Positions 1 through 9,357 of a stretch of DNA of 64,000 nucleotides are shown in pieces (within the stretch, counting starts at the first letter, position 1; every line of letters begins with the position of its first letter). A model generated the notes under the pieces. The model did no database searches. It was not told where the DNA came from and saw only the letters and a list, made by a program, of their open reading frames with translations. The translations under genes were made by a program, and so were the position numbers. The DNA comes from Candidatus Pyrohabitans jungbluthii (lineage in GTDB: Archaea > Hydrothermarchaeota > Hydrothermarchaeia > Hydrothermarchaeales > BMS3B): the NCBI GenBank assembly GCA_002010065.2, contig MTMD02000010.1:1-64000 (forward strand), given 5' to 3'.

Positions 1-2
1 TA

Positions 3-76
3 TCCCGGCGGCCGGATTTGAACCAGCAACCTAGGGATCTACAGTCCCCCGCTCTACCAGGTTGAGCTACGCCGGG
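3..76 (-). tRNA. tRNA-Tyr(GTA), intron-less
   Basis: Reverse complement CCCGGCGTAGCTCAACCTGGTAGAGCGGGGGACTGTAGATCCCTAGGTTGCTGGTTCAAATCCGGCCGCCGGGA folds as a cloverleaf; anticodon GTA; archaeal-type C1:G72 pair and A73; CCA not encoded. Confidence 0.97.
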
Positions 77-208
77 TGTGGGTAATATAGAAGATTAACG
101 AGAGGAAAATAAAACTCCAAGGCGAGGTGGAGGGGCATGAATGTAAAAATCTGTGCAACCATGCGCATCAACCTATTTTGTAAATAAAGAGGAATCTTCA
201 ATCCCAAG

Positions 209-224
209 AAGAAAAATTTTTATA
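209..224 (+). promoter_or_regulatory. Putative BRE/TATA promoter of the hydrogenase operon
   Basis: AAGAAAAA followed by TTTTTATA about 55 bp upstream of the ATG at 277; SD GGAGG at 265. Confidence 0.5.
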
Positions 225-276
225 CCCGGGTTTGCATACCTATACACAACTCATCTAAGAGAGAGGAGGCGAATAG

Positions 277-1197
277 ATGGTAAATGTGGTTTGGATGCAG
301 GGAGCTACAGATAATGGCTGTCTTGTCTCTTTTTTGAACGCACAGCAGCCGGATGTGTATCAGGCGATTGAGAAGCTGGGAGTCACAATAAGCTACCAGA
401 ACACAATAAACCCAACCAGCGGTAAGGATGTTATCGCAACCCTGGAAAAGTACATCGCTGGCGAGGAGCAGCTGGACGTGCTCATAATCGAAGGTGCCAT
501 TCCTCGCGGGCCTAACGGCACAGGCATGGCGTGCTTTATTGGGCCGAGGAGCTTCGCCCAGTGGGTGAGCGAACTCGCGCCAAAGGCGAACTACGTTCTT
601 GCGGTAGGAACCTGCGCTGCCTTTGGCAACATTCCAGCGGCTGAGCCCAACCCAACCGACGCAACTGGCGTGCAGTGGCACAAGCGCGAGTTTGGCGGCT
701 TCCTAGGCAAGGACTTCAGGTCAAGGGCTGGCTTGCCGGTGATAAATATCTCCGGCTGCCCAGCGCATCCGGACTGGGTTGTGCAAACCCTAGTGGCTGT
801 ACTTCTTGGCAAGAAGGTGGAGCTGGACAAATACAATCGCCCACGCGACTTCTTTGGTGAGGACATAACGGTGCATGACGGCTGCCCGCGCAACGAGTAC
901 TACGCCTTCAAAGTCGCGGCTGAGAAGTTCGGCGATAAGGGCTGCCTGTACATGAACTTGGGCTGTGCTGGGCCACACACCAACAGCGACTGCAATCGCA
1001 GGCTCTGGAATAGGCAGAGCAGCCTTACGCGGTGCGGCATCCCATGCCACGGATGTACCAACCCCGACTTTCCAGAGGGAAGCATGCCCTTCTTCCAGCG
1101 CCGCAGGCTGGTTGTGGAGGGCTGGAAGTTGGTGCCCTACATTGTTGGCTCGGGATTCATGAAGCTTGCGAAGCCTTCGAGGCTGAAGAACGAGTGA
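277..1197 (+). CDS. [NiFe]-hydrogenase small subunit (group 2-like, no Tat signal)
   Basis: WMQGATDNGC, IEGAIPRGPNGTG, GTCAAFG, GCPAHPDW, HDGCPRNEYY, GCLY-x4-CAGP, WNRQSS..PCHGC Fe-S motifs. Confidence 0.95.
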   Translation: MVNVVWMQGATDNGCLVSFLNAQQPDVYQAIEKLGVTISYQNTINPTSGKDVIATLEKYIAGEEQLDVLIIEGAIPRGPNGTGMACFIGPRSFAQWVSELAPKANYVLAVGTCAAFGNIPAAEPNPTDATGVQWHKREFGGFLGKDFRSRAGLPVINISGCPAHPDWVVQTLVAVLLGKKVELDKYNRPRDFFGEDITVHDGCPRNEYYAFKVAAEKFGDKGCLYMNLGCAGPHTNSDCNRRLWNRQSSLTRCGIPCHGCTNPDFPEGSMPFFQRRRLVVEGWKLVPYIVGSGFMKLAKPSRLKNE

Positions 1198-1204
1198 GGT
1201 GAAT

Positions 1205-2695
1205 ATGATGGCTGAGCTTGACCTGAGTCCAATAACCCGAATTGAGGGACATTTAGATTTTAAGATAAATGTGGAGAACGGCGTGGTAACCGACGCAAAA
1301 GCTATCGCCGCCCTGTTCAGAGGATTTGAGATAATCCTTAAGGGGCGCGATCCCCTTGATGCGCTGGTTATAACCCCGCGCATCTGTGGCGTTTGCCCAA
1401 CTTCGCACAACGACGCCTCCGCTCGTGCCCTGGACGATGCACTCAATGCAAGTATACCTGAGAATGGCTACCTGCTGCGCAGCATTCTTTTGGGTGTAGA
1501 GAATCTGATGAGCCATGCGGCGCATACTTACGTGCTTTTTGGTCCTGACCTGGCGAACAAGAAGTATGAGAAGCACGAGGCTTATCCTGAGCTTGCGAAG
1601 CGCTTTGCACCGCTCACAGGCACATCCTACAAAGGTGCTGTTTTCGCCAGGATAAAGCTCGACGAAATCTTCGCCATCTTTGGTGGTAAGCATCCCCACA
1701 CCACCTTCGTTCCAGGTGGTTCGCCTGCGCGTCCGCAGGTCAGCGACATAACCAAGGCGCTGAGCATATTTATGCAGGTGCAGGATTTCATTGAGAACAC
1801 CACTTTGGGCTGCTCCATAGAGCGCTGGCTGGAGAACAAGAGCCTAAAGGACGTGCAGAAGTGGCTCGAGGAGGATGAAAAGCACGCTAACAGCGACCTT
1901 GGGCTTTTTATACGCTATGGCCCAGAGCTTGGGCTGCACAAGCTGGGCAAGGGTCCAGGAAACTTCCTGTCCTACGGCGTGTATGCACAGGCTGATGGGA
2001 AGAACTGGCTTCCGGCTGGCTTCTACGACGGCGAACACCACAGCCTCGACCAGACAAAGATTGAGGAGCACATCAAGTACTCCTGGTATACTGGCTACGA
2101 GGGCGGGCGTCATCCCAGCGAAGGCGTAACCGAACCCTACTATGAGGAAGGGGAGAAGTACAGTTGGGCAAAGTGCCCGCGCTACGACGGCAAACCCGTG
2201 GAGGTCGGCCCCCTCGCCAGGATGATAATTGATAAAGACCCGCTTGTGCTTGACCTAGCAAAGGAGTACGGACCCTGCGTCTACACGCGTGTACTCGCGA
2301 GGCTTCACGAGGCAGTTAGGTTAGCGGCAAAGATAAGGGAGTGGCTGCTTGAGCTCGACCCGAGCAAGCCCTTCTTCGGCAGCTACGAGAAGGTGAAAGA
2401 TGCTGAGGGAATAGGTCTGACAGAGGCGGCGAGAGGAGCACTAGGCCACTGGATTAGAATCAGAGACGGCAAGATAGACAACTACCAAGTAATAACACCC
2501 ACGGCATGGAACGTCTCGCCCAAGGATAGCAATGACGTTCATGGTCCAATAGAGCAGGCGGTGATAGGAACTAAGGTGGAGGACGAGAACAACCCCGTTG
2601 AGGTGCAGCACGTAATAAGAAGCTACGACCCATGCATCGCGTGCACTGTGCACGTGATAACCCCACGCAAGAGCTACAGGCTTAAGGTGGTGTAG
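1205..2695 (+). CDS. [NiFe]-hydrogenase large subunit
   Basis: TRIEGH; L1 PRICGVCPTSH; EAARGALGHW; L2 RSYDPCIACTVH followed by a cleavable C-terminal extension. Confidence 0.97.
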   Translation: MMAELDLSPITRIEGHLDFKINVENGVVTDAKAIAALFRGFEIILKGRDPLDALVITPRICGVCPTSHNDASARALDDALNASIPENGYLLRSILLGVENLMSHAAHTYVLFGPDLANKKYEKHEAYPELAKRFAPLTGTSYKGAVFARIKLDEIFAIFGGKHPHTTFVPGGSPARPQVSDITKALSIFMQVQDFIENTTLGCSIERWLENKSLKDVQKWLEEDEKHANSDLGLFIRYGPELGLHKLGKGPGNFLSYGVYAQADGKNWLPAGFYDGEHHSLDQTKIEEHIKYSWYTGYEGGRHPSEGVTEPYYEEGEKYSWAKCPRYDGKPVEVGPLARMIIDKDPLVLDLAKEYGPCVYTRVLARLHEAVRLAAKIREWLLELDPSKPFFGSYEKVKDAEGIGLTEAARGALGHWIRIRDGKIDNYQVITPTAWNVSPKDSNDVHGPIEQAVIGTKVEDENNPVEVQHVIRSYDPCIACTVHVITPRKSYRLKVV

Positions 2696-2701
2696 GCCAC
2701 C

Positions 2702-2721
2702 ATCTTTTTTCTCCTCTTTTT
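2702..2721 (+). terminator. Possible T-rich internal terminator/attenuator between structural and maturation genes
   Basis: ATCTTTTTTCTCCTCTTTTT just after the large-subunit stop codon. Confidence 0.35.
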
Positions 2722-2734
2722 GAGGTGCCCCCGC

Positions 2735-3211
2735 TTGCTGATCGTCGGACTGGGAAATATAATAATGGGCGACGATGGCGTTGGGGTGCGCGCAGTACGC
2801 GAGCTTGAGAAGTTTAAGATTAAAGGTGTGGAGCTTCTTGAGGGTGCAACCTCAGGGATAAGTCTGCTTCCCCATCTCCGTGGTAAGAGGCGAGTGATTA
2901 TAATCGACGCGGTTCAGGGTGGTGGCGAAGAGCCGGGCACAATATACCGTCTGAGTGAGAAGGAACTCCAGAAACCCGAGTTCAGGTTCTTCTCGCTGCA
3001 CGACATTTCGCTGGAGCACGTGCTTGCTCTGGGTAGGGAGCTTTTCAGCGATGAGTTTCCGGAGGAGATAGTTATTTATGGAGTGGAGGTAAAGGAGATT
3101 AAGCTGAGTGAGGAGCTCAGCGAGCCGGTGAAAAAAGCCTTGCCAAGGCTTGTGGAGCTGCTGCGCAGGGAGATGGAGAATCATGTGTTTAGCGGTGCCG
3201 GGAGTGATTAA
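2735..3211 (+). CDS. Hydrogenase maturation protease (HyaD/HybD/HycI family)
   Basis: GLGNIIMGDDGVG, IIIDAV, SLHD; TTG start after SD GAGGTG. Confidence 0.93.
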   Translation: MLIVGLGNIIMGDDGVGVRAVRELEKFKIKGVELLEGATSGISLLPHLRGKRRVIIIDAVQGGGEEPGTIYRLSEKELQKPEFRFFSLHDISLEHVLALGRELFSDEFPEEIVIYGVEVKEIKLSEELSEPVKKALPRLVELLRREMENHVFSGAGSD

Positions 3212-3410
3212 GGAGATACGAGGAAACATTGCAGTCGTGGATTATGGAGGCGTAGTTAAGGAAGCCGACATTTCCCTCTTAGAAAGCGTTGATGTGGGCG
3301 ACTACGTTATAGTGCACGTGGGGTACGCGATAACAAAGCTGAGCGAGGACGAGGCAAGGCAGAGTATTGCCGCGTGGAAGGAGGCGCTGGAGAGGCTTGC
3401 TCGCTTTTAA
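3183..3410 (+). CDS. hypC: Hydrogenase maturation chaperone HypC
   Basis: MCLAVPG N-terminus; VGDYVIVHVGYAI. Confidence 0.95.
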   Translation: MCLAVPGVIKEIRGNIAVVDYGGVVKEADISLLESVDVGDYVIVHVGYAITKLSEDEARQSIAAWKEALERLARF

Positions 3411-4482
3411 GGACTTCAGGAGTAGGGAGCTTGCGAAGCGCGCGCTTGGGGTGATAGAGAAGCTCGCCGCGGAAGAGAGCTACACCTTTATGCACGTGTG
3501 TGGCACCCACGAGCAGGCAATAACCAGGCACGGCTTGAGAAGCCTGCTTCCGGCTAACATAAAGCTCATCGCTGGACCTGGCTGCCCTGTGTGCGTAACT
3601 CCAGCTAGCGAGGTTGACGCAGCTGTTGCGCTTGCTGAAGAGGGAAAAGTTGTGCTCACCTACGGCGACGCTTTGCGGGTGCCAGGAAGTGAGCTCTCGC
3701 TGGCACAGGTAAGGGCTAAGGGCTGCGATGTGCGCGTGGTTTACAGCATTCGCGAGGCGGTTAAGCTTGCGCAGGCAGAACCAGAGAAGGAGATGGTCTT
3801 CTTTTCCATAGGTTTGGACACCACGGCGCCCAGCGTCGCTGCAGAAATTGCCCGTGGCTTGCCTGAGAACCTGAGCATACTCAATGCACTACGCCTAACT
3901 GTGCCTGTTATGGAGCTTCTCCTCGGCTTGGGAGACCTTCGCTTTGAGGGCTACCTTGCGCCGGGTCATGTCTCTGCGATAATAGGTGCGAAAGCCTATG
4001 AGGTTATTCCCCAAGCTTATGGCATGCCCGTGGTAATCTCAGGGTTTGAGCCTCTTGATCTGCTGCTCAGCGTGGCCATGCTGATAAAGCAGGTGAAGGA
4101 GGGCTCCGCGAAGGTTGAGAACGAGTACTCTCGTGCTGTGAGCTACGAGGGCAACCTCCGCGCTCAGGAACTGGTTAATAAGGTTTTTGAGGTCGCCACC
4201 ACGCAATGGCGGGGCATAGGCAGGGTACCCTTTTCCGGACTGAAGCTGAGAGAGGAATACGCTGAGTGGGACGCGAGAAGGAGGTATGCGCTTAAGGAGA
4301 GCAGAGGCGTGGACATTCGCCCTGGATGCAGCTGCCACCTTGTCATCATAGGCAAGCTCTCACCTCAGGAGTGCAGAATGTTCGGCAGCGTTTGCACTCC
4401 GGCTAAACCTTACGGGCCATGCATGGTCTCCCAGGAGGGGACATGCAATGTAGCCTACAGGTACTCGCAGCAAGTGGTGTAG
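3397..4482 (+). CDS. hypD: Hydrogenase maturation protein HypD
   Basis: MHVCGTHE, GPGCPVCVTP, PGHVS, GFEP, GPCMVSQEGTC; probable TTG start. Confidence 0.96.
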   Translation: MLAFKDFRSRELAKRALGVIEKLAAEESYTFMHVCGTHEQAITRHGLRSLLPANIKLIAGPGCPVCVTPASEVDAAVALAEEGKVVLTYGDALRVPGSELSLAQVRAKGCDVRVVYSIREAVKLAQAEPEKEMVFFSIGLDTTAPSVAAEIARGLPENLSILNALRLTVPVMELLLGLGDLRFEGYLAPGHVSAIIGAKAYEVIPQAYGMPVVISGFEPLDLLLSVAMLIKQVKEGSAKVENEYSRAVSYEGNLRAQELVNKVFEVATTQWRGIGRVPFSGLKLREEYAEWDARRRYALKESRGVDIRPGCSCHLVIIGKLSPQECRMFGSVCTPAKPYGPCMVSQEGTCNVAYRYSQQVV

Positions 4483-4485
4483 CGC

Positions 4486-4830
4486 ATGCATGAGCTCAGC
4501 ATAGCTCAGGGCATCGTAAGCGCTGTGCTCTCCCACCTTAAAGGAAGTAAAGGAAAGGTGCTGGAGGTGCACGTTGCCATAGGTGAGCTTACGCACATAA
4601 ATGAAAAGCAGCTTGCCTTCGCCTTTGAAATCGCCTCTCGAGGTACACCTGTTGAAGGCACAAGACTGAAAACACGCACCATAGAAGCGAGGCTTCGATG
4701 CGTGAGCTGCGGCTGGCAGGGAAAAAGCTTTACCTGCGAAGCCTGCGGCTCTGCAATGGAGGTTATCGCCGGAGAGGAGCTTTTGCTGGAGAGAATCAGA
4801 GTGGAGGTTGATGAGGATGCACAAAGTTGA
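4486..4830 (+). CDS. hypA: Nickel metallochaperone HypA
   Basis: MHELSIA start; two CxxC pairs (CVSC, CEAC); GEEL. Confidence 0.95.
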   Translation: MHELSIAQGIVSAVLSHLKGSKGKVLEVHVAIGELTHINEKQLAFAFEIASRGTPVEGTRLKTRTIEARLRCVSCGWQGKSFTCEACGSAMEVIAGEELLLERIRVEVDEDAQS

Positions 4831-5479
4831 GGACATCAAGGTGGAGGAAGACCTCCTTGCCGCGAATCGCGAACTTGCCCTGCTTAATCGCGAGCTTCTT
4901 GACGCCAACAAAGTGGTTGCGATAGAGGTGAGCGGCGCCATAGGCTCTGGGAAGACCACCCTCATAGAGCTTGCTGCACAAAATTTAAAGGAGTACCGCA
5001 TCGCCGCCGTGGCTGGTGACGTGGTCGCAAGTTTAGATGCAAGGCGCTTTGATAAGCTTGGCATCCCGACAATAGCTCTGAACACCGGCAAGGAGTGCCA
5101 CCTCGATGCTCACCTGGTCAGCCATGCCCTTGAAAAACTACCTCTGGATGAGCTGGACATAATCTTCATAGAAAATGTGGGAAATTTAATATGCCCCGCG
5201 GATTTTGATCTAGGTGCGCATTCCCGCGTTGTTGTGGTGAGTGTCACCGAGGGCGACGACATAGTCGCCAAGCATCCTGCGATCTTCCGCCGCGCTAATC
5301 TTGTGGTTATCAACAAAGTGGACATCGCAGCCTATGTGGAGGCAGATCCCCACAAGATGGAAGAGGACGCGAGAAAGATAAATCCCTCGCTTGAGGTGAT
5401 ACAGGTTTCTGCCAGGAAAGGGTATAACATCGACAGATGGCTGAACTTCATTGCAAGAACGGTGCAAAACAAAAGGTGA
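4817..5479 (+). CDS. hypB: Nickel incorporation GTPase HypB
   Basis: GAIGSGKTT, TGKECHLDAH, ENVGNLICPADFDLG, NKVD. Confidence 0.96.
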   Translation: MHKVEDIKVEEDLLAANRELALLNRELLDANKVVAIEVSGAIGSGKTTLIELAAQNLKEYRIAAVAGDVVASLDARRFDKLGIPTIALNTGKECHLDAHLVSHALEKLPLDELDIIFIENVGNLICPADFDLGAHSRVVVVSVTEGDDIVAKHPAIFRRANLVVINKVDIAAYVEADPHKMEEDARKINPSLEVIQVSARKGYNIDRWLNFIARTVQNKR

Positions 5480-5562
5480 GCAGAGCAGTTTTTGAAATTC
5501 ACTTCTTCTGACTTTAGAAAAATAAAGTATAAGTATCCTGCTTCCCCTACAGGGTACTGGGG

Positions 5563-5958
5563 GTGGGTTTGGTAAAAATCCTGTGTGTGGACGACGACCC
5601 CGAGTTTTTACGAATTCTCGGAAGAATGCTTGAGGAAAAAGGCTATGAGGTTTATCTCGCTGAGAGTGGAAAGAAGGCTCTGGAAATTCTGAAGAATGTT
5701 TCGCCAGACTTGATACTCCTCGACATCATGATGCCTGAACTAGATGGATGGGAAACTCTCAAGGAAATAAGGAGCACCGGCAATAAGGCTCCAGTAATCA
5801 TGATTACCATAATGTATGCGATAGAAGACAGGGAGAAGAGCTTTGAACACGGCGCGGACGCCCATGTACCGAAACCCATCAAGAAGGTGCAGCTTTTTAA
5901 AACCATTGAGTGGGTGCTGAAAAACTCGGCCAGGAGGCGCTCTCTTGCAAATCACTGA
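5563..5958 (+). CDS. Single-domain response regulator (REC, CheY-like)
   Basis: ILCVDDD, LILLDIMMPELDG, KP motif. Confidence 0.92.
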   Translation: MGLVKILCVDDDPEFLRILGRMLEEKGYEVYLAESGKKALEILKNVSPDLILLDIMMPELDGWETLKEIRSTGNKAPVIMITIMYAIEDREKSFEHGADAHVPKPIKKVQLFKTIEWVLKNSARRRSLANH

Positions 5959-6560
5959 GGGATGCGTGGTAATGATTTCAGGTGCACTGGGCACTGGTAA
6001 GAGTGACCTCACCATCAAGCTTTTGGAACATCTCTTCTCTGAAAAAGGCAAGGAGATCGTTTATATAACAACAGAACTCACGCCCATAGAGATAGAAAGT
6101 GCTCTGCTTGCTTCCGGTATTCGCAGAACTACTCTTTCAAGGGTGAGGTATCTCGATGGAACCCAATGGTCTATTGAGGATTATAAAAGGGTGTCGTACA
6201 TCACAGGCGCCGTAAGTCATATGAACTCAAAAAAATTTACACGACATCCTAGCTGGTATTCAAAATAAACGGGTAAACCTTATAATAAACTCTCTTTCGA
6301 CTTTTTATTCAGAATAAACGCAAAAAATGAAATAAAGCACTTCTACGAAAAATATCGCACCTGAAATCCCGGGGAAGCTTTCTGCTGTTCACAGTGCACG
6401 ACTACCTCCATCCACCCCATGTGTATGCCTCTCTTGAGTCCGGGGCGGATGTGATTATAAAGACGGACGTTTCTCATGAGGATAGAACCTTGCAGAAAGA
6501 CACCGAATCCCTCTTATATAGTGATGCAGAACGCAAAACTGCCAGTTCCAGGCATATTCA
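5945..6560 (+). pseudogene. Frameshifted KaiC/RecA-superfamily ATPase remnant
   Basis: Walker A GALGTGKS and YITTE in one frame; Walker B-like LIINSLST and C-terminal LLFTVHDYLHPPHVYASLESGADVII in other frames, with stops between. Confidence 0.6.
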
Positions 6561-6745
6561 AAGAAAATGTTTTAAAAATCTATTTAAATTAGATAAAAAT
6601 ATGTTTAAAAAAAGTTTTTATATAACAAATTCTAGATATTATGTTGGGGTAGGATTCCTCATGTGTTTTCACCTCCTATTTTAGAATCCTGCCCTACATC
6701 TTTTTTGCGTAAGTGTGTAGAGTAAAAAAAGAGGGTGGAGACTTC

Positions 6746-8035
6746 TTAGAGTCTCCTTCTTGCCGCCACACCAAACAGCGGAAGCAGTGCTAACAGCGCA
6801 AGCGAGGTGGGACCACAGACACCCTTCTTGGGTGGTGCTGTCTCCGGTGGCTGCGTCGGCGGTGCCGTCGTTACAGGTGCTGGTGTCTCTTTCACTTTGC
6901 CCAGCTCGTGTATGTTCTTCTCTGCATAGCTCGCTGCCCACGCTTTGTCCTTATCCTCGTGGCACTGGAGGCACACGTAGTCAAGCGTTAAGTAGCCAGA
7001 AGCGTACTCCTTGCCGTCATCCGCCTTGAAGATAAGCTCTGCGTTGGGGTCGGTGTTTATCCTGAAGAGGTGAACCCTGACGTCAGCTACGTACTTGCTT
7101 TTCGCTACCGCCGACTTTGCCGCCTTGGGCATGTGGCAGTCAATGCAGCGCACGCCTGCTTTCTGCATCTCGCTGCCCTCGAACACCTCTGCAACGTCTG
7201 CATGACAATCCTCACACTTCTTTATTATTCCATAGCCCTCAACGTCATTTGTAGCACCCTTATGCACCGGCTTGTGGGGATCGTGGCAGGTGACACACTT
7301 CAGGTTTGCCATGCCACCAGAGTTCTTGAGCTCCTGGTACTGCTCATGGTGGCGTATGAAGCCCTTTTTCGCCGGGGGTTTGTCGCTTGTGCCTCGAACG
7401 TGGCAAAGCCCACAGAACTCGGCGCTGTCATTCACAATTATAGCAACGCCCTTGCCACCACCTCTGGCAACGTGCTCACTCCCTGGGCCATGGCAGGCTT
7501 CGCACTGCACGCCACGGAAGGTCCAGTTGCCAACCATGCCAGGCAGGTCCTTGTGGTTCTCATCGTAAGTTGATCCGGTGTTGTGGCATCTGGTGCAGTC
7601 GTACTTCTTATCCTCGCCGCTGTGGTAAGCACTCCATGTTCCAGTCTCCCAGTTGTACTGGTTCTTTTCGAGGGGCTGTCCATCTTTTGTCTTTGTGATT
7701 ATAAAGCCGTCCTTGCCGATGTAGCGGGACTTCCAGCCCCAGCCGCCAAGAACGTAGAGGATGTCGTCCCATGTGTAGCCCTCTGGCAGCGGTATCTCTG
7801 GCCTAATCGCCTTCGCTTCTTCGGGTGTCATCAACTTATAGGGGTGTCCCGACTTCTTCCAATCCTCATACTTATCTGGGTGGCATGTTTTGCACTTCTC
7901 TGCCCCAACATAAGTCGCCGCCGGGTCACCTTTAGCTACTGGCATCTTTTGGTCGCCAATAACGTACTCTTTTGCTGCCACCGGTATGGCAATAAGTAAC
8001 ATGGCAGCAAGTAGAACTATGGGTAATCTCCCCAT
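6746..8035 (-). CDS. Secreted octaheme c-type cytochrome with CGP-CTERM anchor
   Basis: Signal peptide; 8 CxxCH (CKTCH, CTRCH, CEACH, CGLCH, CVTCH, CEDCH, CIDCH, CLQCH); T/P linker then VCGP, hydrophobic helix, RRR. Confidence 0.93.
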   Translation of the reverse strand: MGRLPIVLLAAMLLIAIPVAAKEYVIGDQKMPVAKGDPAATYVGAEKCKTCHPDKYEDWKKSGHPYKLMTPEEAKAIRPEIPLPEGYTWDDILYVLGGWGWKSRYIGKDGFIITKTKDGQPLEKNQYNWETGTWSAYHSGEDKKYDCTRCHNTGSTYDENHKDLPGMVGNWTFRGVQCEACHGPGSEHVARGGGKGVAIIVNDSAEFCGLCHVRGTSDKPPAKKGFIRHHEQYQELKNSGGMANLKCVTCHDPHKPVHKGATNDVEGYGIIKKCEDCHADVAEVFEGSEMQKAGVRCIDCHMPKAAKSAVAKSKYVADVRVHLFRINTDPNAELIFKADDGKEYASGYLTLDYVCLQCHEDKDKAWAASYAEKNIHELGKVKETPAPVTTAPPTQPPETAPPKKGVCGPTSLALLALLPLFGVAARRRL

Positions 8036-8229
8036 ATCCACACCTCCTAATTTTATAAACCAATCTTCATTATATTTATAATTTTATTTAAGCTTTTCCT
8101 TTCGGCAATCCAAAAATCTGCTCTGGACGCAAAAGGGTGGTGCTCTCGAATCATAGAAGATAATTTCTATTACCATAGAATGTTAAAAAGTGAAAAACCT
8201 TTTAAGCCAAGAAGAATATCCGATAACCA

Positions 8230-8529
8230 ATGAAAAGACTTCTCTGGTGGCTCCTTGCCGGCACCCGTGGGGGAGAAACACGAGCCATGATTTTAAAGCT
8301 CCTAAAAGAGCGACCATACAACGCTAACCAGCTAACACAGGAGCTTGGACTGGACTACAAGACTATCCGTCACCACCTCCGTGTGCTCCAGAAGAATAAA
8401 ATAGTGGTTACGAGGGGTGGCAGGTATGGCAAATTATACTTCCTCTCACCCGAGATGGAGAAAAACCTTGACATCTTCGAAGAAATCTGGAGCAAAATTG
8501 GGAAAAACAAATTAAGTAAAAGGAGGTGA
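8230..8529 (+). CDS. ArsR-family winged-helix transcription regulator
   Basis: [31 protein letters not shown] archaeal ArsR-type motif. Confidence 0.88.
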   Translation: MKRLLWWLLAGTRGGETRAMILKLLKERPYNANQLTQELGLDYKTIRHHLRVLQKNKIVVTRGGRYGKLYFLSPEMEKNLDIFEEIWSKIGKNKLSKRR

Positions 8530-8532
8530 ATC

Positions 8533-8820
8533 ATGTATATGTTCCATGAGATATACGCGGCTTCGAATTTTATAAATATGGTACTTCTTATCGTGCTGAT
8601 CTATCTCTTCCTTCAGGACTATATAAAGGTGCGCTCATATTTCACCTTGGGGCTGGTGATCTTTGCTGTAGTGTTGTTTATAAACGCCTTACTCTCGTGT
8701 CCAAGCGTGCAGTACCTTTTTTCCGAGTACGAAGCATGCCCGTACGAACCCTACCACGCCGCCGCTTCTGTGTTTGAAACCATCGCATTGGTTGTGCTAC
8801 TGTATATAAGCACACGGTAG
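8533..8820 (+). CDS. Small 3-TM membrane protein
   Basis: SD GGAGGTGA; three hydrophobic segments; loop with two Cys and a His. Confidence 0.75.
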   Translation: MYMFHEIYAASNFINMVLLIVLIYLFLQDYIKVRSYFTLGLVIFAVVLFINALLSCPSVQYLFSEYEACPYEPYHAAASVFETIALVVLLYISTR

Positions 8821-8859
8821 TTTTGAAAGAATTGACAAGGTTAAAATCAAGAGCAGGGG

Positions 8860-9348
8860 ATGAAGTACATGGCAAAAAAAAGGAAGGTTAAGAAAAATAC
8901 GAAAAAACAAAAGAATCCCACCCTGCTGCTTCTTTCCATTGTAGTTATTGCAGGGGCAGGGATATATTTCATGATGGGCGGTAGCAAGGATAATTTGCCG
9001 GAGAATATTCCGCTTCCTGATTATGCATACAAGAGCGAGAGAGTGCTTACCGCTTACAAGATAGCCGTGGCTTACCCGGAGATCGGCAAGGCAGTGCCCT
9101 GCTACTGCGGATGCAAAGATGTGAGAACACCTCAGTTTCCCACAGGGCACAAAAATCTGTACAACTGCTTCCTCGATGACCTCGGGCGATTCACCTCTCA
9201 TGGGGCCAACTGCTTTATATGCGTTGATGAGATGCTGGAGAGCTACGAGATGTACAAGAAAGGCTACTCTTTGAGGGAGATTCGCGCTGCTATAGATGGA
9301 AAATACGCAGGCAAGTATGCCGATCCCACACCTACACCACCTGTATGA
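8860..9348 (+). CDS. Membrane-anchored PCYCGC-motif protein
   Basis: Basic N-terminus and TM; VPCYCGC, GHKNLYNCF, HGANCFIC. Confidence 0.88.
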   Translation: MKYMAKKRKVKKNTKKQKNPTLLLLSIVVIAGAGIYFMMGGSKDNLPENIPLPDYAYKSERVLTAYKIAVAYPEIGKAVPCYCGCKDVRTPQFPTGHKNLYNCFLDDLGRFTSHGANCFICVDEMLESYEMYKKGYSLREIRAAIDGKYAGKYADPTPTPPV

Positions 9349-9357
9349 GGTGAGAGT

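Noticed and set aside
1-76. tRNA-Tyr as an integration site for an island
   Set aside because: Its 3' end faces out of the window; no duplicated tRNA fragment or integrase was seen
1232-1250. ATAACCCGAATTGAGGGAC resembling the 27-bp palindromic element
   Set aside because: It encodes the conserved ITRIEGH hydrogenase motif and lacks the GACGA end
277-2695. Selenocysteine-containing hydrogenase
   Set aside because: All large-subunit ligand positions are Cys codons with no in-frame TGA
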